This document shows positions 62,038-64,000 of a stretch of DNA of 64,000 bases, piece after piece. Source of the DNA: an uncultured Actinomycetota bacterium (GTDB taxonomy: Bacteria; Actinomycetota; Actinomycetes; Propionibacteriales; Propionibacteriaceae). The translations under genes and the position numbers were made by a program. The notes beneath the pieces are model-generated. The model saw only the letters and a program-made list of their open reading frames with translations, was not told the origin of the DNA and searched no databases. The first letter of the stretch is position 1, and each line of letters begins with the position of its first letter. Where the stretch lies: positions 23,367 through 87,366 of the forward strand of contig CAVRRM010000011.1 of assembly GCA_963723605.1 (NCBI GenBank), given 5' to 3'.

Positions 62038-62076
62038 GATTGAGCCTGTCCAAATCCATTGGACAGGCTCGATCGA
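62038..62076. repeat. REP-like hairpin / bidirectional terminator
   Basis: GAGCCTGTCCAA-ATCCA-TTGGACAGGCTC between convergent genes. Confidence 0.7.
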
Positions 62077-62077
62077 C

Positions 62078-63412
62078 TCAGTCGAGACCTGATTCGAGCA
62101 GGCGGAGCCAGATCTCGCTGGCCGTAGGGTAACTGGGTACCGCGTGCCAGAGCTGGTCGAGGGTCATCCGGCCGACGACGGCGACGGTGGCGGCATGCAG
62201 CAGCTCGGCCACCTCCGGCCCGACGAAGGTGGCGCCCAGTAGGCGTCCATCGCCGGCCACCACAAGTCGGGCCTGGCCTTCGGGGTGGTCGACCAGCAAC
62301 TTCACCCCCGATGCGGAGCCGATCGGAACATCCAGCGCATAAGCGTCCGGATCGCCGGTTTGGGCCTGTGCCAGGGTCGGCCCGACCGAGGAGATCTCGG
62401 GATCGGTGAAGATCACCTGCGGCACCGGTACGTCGTCAGGTACCTCGGGGGCCGGACGACCGAGCAGCTGGGCCTTCAACGCGGCGCCCAGAATCCGCGC
62501 TCGGTACTTGCCCCAATGGGTCAACGCCGGCTCGCCGGAGACGTCGCCGACCAGATGCAGCCAGTCCGGCCGGTCGCCTTCGGGGAGGGCTTCGCGGTTG
62601 AGTTTCCGACCGGCCGCCACCAGCACCTCGTCGAAACTTTGCCATTCCCCCGCGATCTGCAGCCCAACGGGTCCGCCGTGCAGCCGGCCGAGCCCGTCGC
62701 TCAGGGCGCCCGGACGCTGCGCGGCGGTCACGCTCACCCCCAGTCTCACCTCGATTCCGCTGCGATCGAGCGACTTCTTGACGAAGTCGGCGGCGAACGG
62801 CTCGACCCGGTCGAGCAACCGCCGGCGCACCAGCAAGGTGACCTTGCTGCCCAGCGCGGCCATCCAGGTGGCCGCTTCGCAGGCCACGACGCCACCACCG
62901 ATGATCGCCAAGCGCTCGGGAATCTCCACCACACCGGTGACGTCACGATTCGTCCAGGGCCGGACGTCCGCCAGTTCGGTGGGGATCGACGGGCGACTGC
63001 CGGTGGCCACCACGATCGCGTGCCGGGCGGTCAGCGTCCGCTCCCCCACCGTGACCTGGCGTTCGCCGGTCACCCGTCCGGTGCCTCGGACGATGTCGAT
63101 TCCGGCCGACTCCGCCCAGGACACCTGCCCCGAGTCGTCGTAGTTGCTCACCCAGTAGTCGCGCCGGGCCAGCACCGCCTCGACGTCGATCTCGGTGGGG
63201 CGCACGCCGCTCAGGTCCTGCGTCACCGCCGCCACTGCGACCGGACGCAGTAGCGCCTTGCTCGGCATGCACGCGAAGTACGAACATTCGCCGCCGATCA
63301 GTTCCTGCTCGATCAGGGCCGCGGTGAAGTCGGTGCCGCGGATCGCGTAGTCCGCCGCGTTCTCACCGACCGGGCCGGCGCCGATCACGATCACGTCGTA
63401 TTCATCGCTCAT
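62078..63412 (-). CDS. Class I pyridine nucleotide-disulfide oxidoreductase
   Basis: GAGPVG, GGECSYFACMPSK, GGGVV, PQVIFTDPE, YPTASE. Confidence 0.9.
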   Translation of the reverse strand: MSDEYDVIVIGAGPVGENAADYAIRGTDFTAALIEQELIGGECSYFACMPSKALLRPVAVAAVTQDLSGVRPTEIDVEAVLARRDYWVSNYDDSGQVSWAESAGIDIVRGTGRVTGERQVTVGERTLTARHAIVVATGSRPSIPTELADVRPWTNRDVTGVVEIPERLAIIGGGVVACEAATWMAALGSKVTLLVRRRLLDRVEPFAADFVKKSLDRSGIEVRLGVSVTAAQRPGALSDGLGRLHGGPVGLQIAGEWQSFDEVLVAAGRKLNREALPEGDRPDWLHLVGDVSGEPALTHWGKYRARILGAALKAQLLGRPAPEVPDDVPVPQVIFTDPEISSVGPTLAQAQTGDPDAYALDVPIGSASGVKLLVDHPEGQARLVVAGDGRLLGATFVGPEVAELLHAATVAVVGRMTLDQLWHAVPSYPTASEIWLRLLESGLD

Positions 63413-63458
63413 CCGGCCATGCTGGTTGCCGAGGGCTCCCACCGCAAGCATCCAGAGG

Positions 63459-63504
63459 ACGCGAAAAGGGTCGGCACCCGCACTGGATGCCGACCCTTTC
63501 GCGT
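63459..63504 (-). terminator. Hairpin terminator downstream of the GlsB/YeaQ gene
   Basis: ACGCGAAAAGGGTCGGCA...TGCCGACCCTTTCGCGT. Confidence 0.75.
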
Positions 63505-63513
63505 GAGTGCTGG

Positions 63514-63783
63514 TCAGACCTTTCGGCGGCCCATGACCAGACTGACCAGGAACAGCAGCAGCACAGCGCCGCCGATCGCGGTCAGCATGCTGAAGATCAG
63601 GCCGCCGCCGGCGACATTGACCCCGAACAGGCTGAGCAACCAGCCACCGAGCAGTCCGCCGACGATGCCGACGACGATGTTCATCAGAATGCCCATCTGG
63701 GCATCCGTCTTCATGATCTTGCTGGCGATCCATCCGGCGAGGCCGCCCAGGATGATCCAACCCAAGAATCCCCAACCCAACAT
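63514..63783 (-). CDS. GlsB/YeaQ/YmgE family stress-response membrane protein
   Basis: WIILGGLAGWIASKIM, NIVVGIVG, AIGGAVLLL; AGGAG ribosome-binding site. Confidence 0.9.
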   Translation of the reverse strand: MLGWGFLGWIILGGLAGWIASKIMKTDAQMGILMNIVVGIVGGLLGGWLLSLFGVNVAGGGLIFSMLTAIGGAVLLLFLVSLVMGRRKV

Positions 63784-64000
63784 GCTGTTTCTCCTTGTCT
63801 TGTGGCGGTTTGCCGCAATCAACTGTAGAGCCGAGGTCGCCAGGAATGCTGTAAGGGATGCCCTGGGTCGTCCACTCAACCCCTTTGGGTGGAGCGTTCA
63901 GGGTCGCTGGACATGGCGCAGTTCAGCGTGCACACTAAATGTATGCAAATGAAGGATGAGGGCTTATCAATCTGGGCGGTGGTCACGGCCGACCAACGCA

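Noticed and set aside
62078-63412. Mercuric reductase or second lpdA
   Set aside because: No C-terminal Cys pair or mer genes, and YPT replaces the HPT motif of Lpd.

Overview
High-GC Actinobacterial chromosome segment. Gene content (rbpA, lnt-ppm1-fxsA, IdeR/DtxR boxes, HTH-MurA) points to Actinobacteria; a Propionibacteriales-like host is an unverified guess. Many genes carry single-base frameshifts, typical of an unpolished long-read consensus. Left to right: an ECF sigma factor; a LacI-controlled beta-mannoside uptake and catabolism locus (GH2, Opp-type ABC transporter, GH1, tatA, LacI, a sugar kinase-mannose-6-phosphate isomerase fusion); an MFS exporter; a REC-thioredoxin-reductase-like protein with a cNMP-domain histidine kinase; deaD; an IdeR-regulated siderophore uptake locus; a CDF exporter; a truncated lacI abutting an MFS-USP fusion; dhaKL; metY-metX-metW; an inverted repeat array next to an HNH nuclease with an attenuator-like leader; then housekeeping genes (5'-3' exonuclease, lrp, lnt, ppm1, fxsA, rbpA, pdxY, HTH-murA, lpdA) and stress or accessory genes. 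I saw no rRNA, tRNA, CRISPR array or transposase. The most unusual element is at 42082-43150: three spaced repeats face 5.6 tandem 38-bp repeats in inverted orientation, with mostly G-U-compatible differences, next to the HNH gene.
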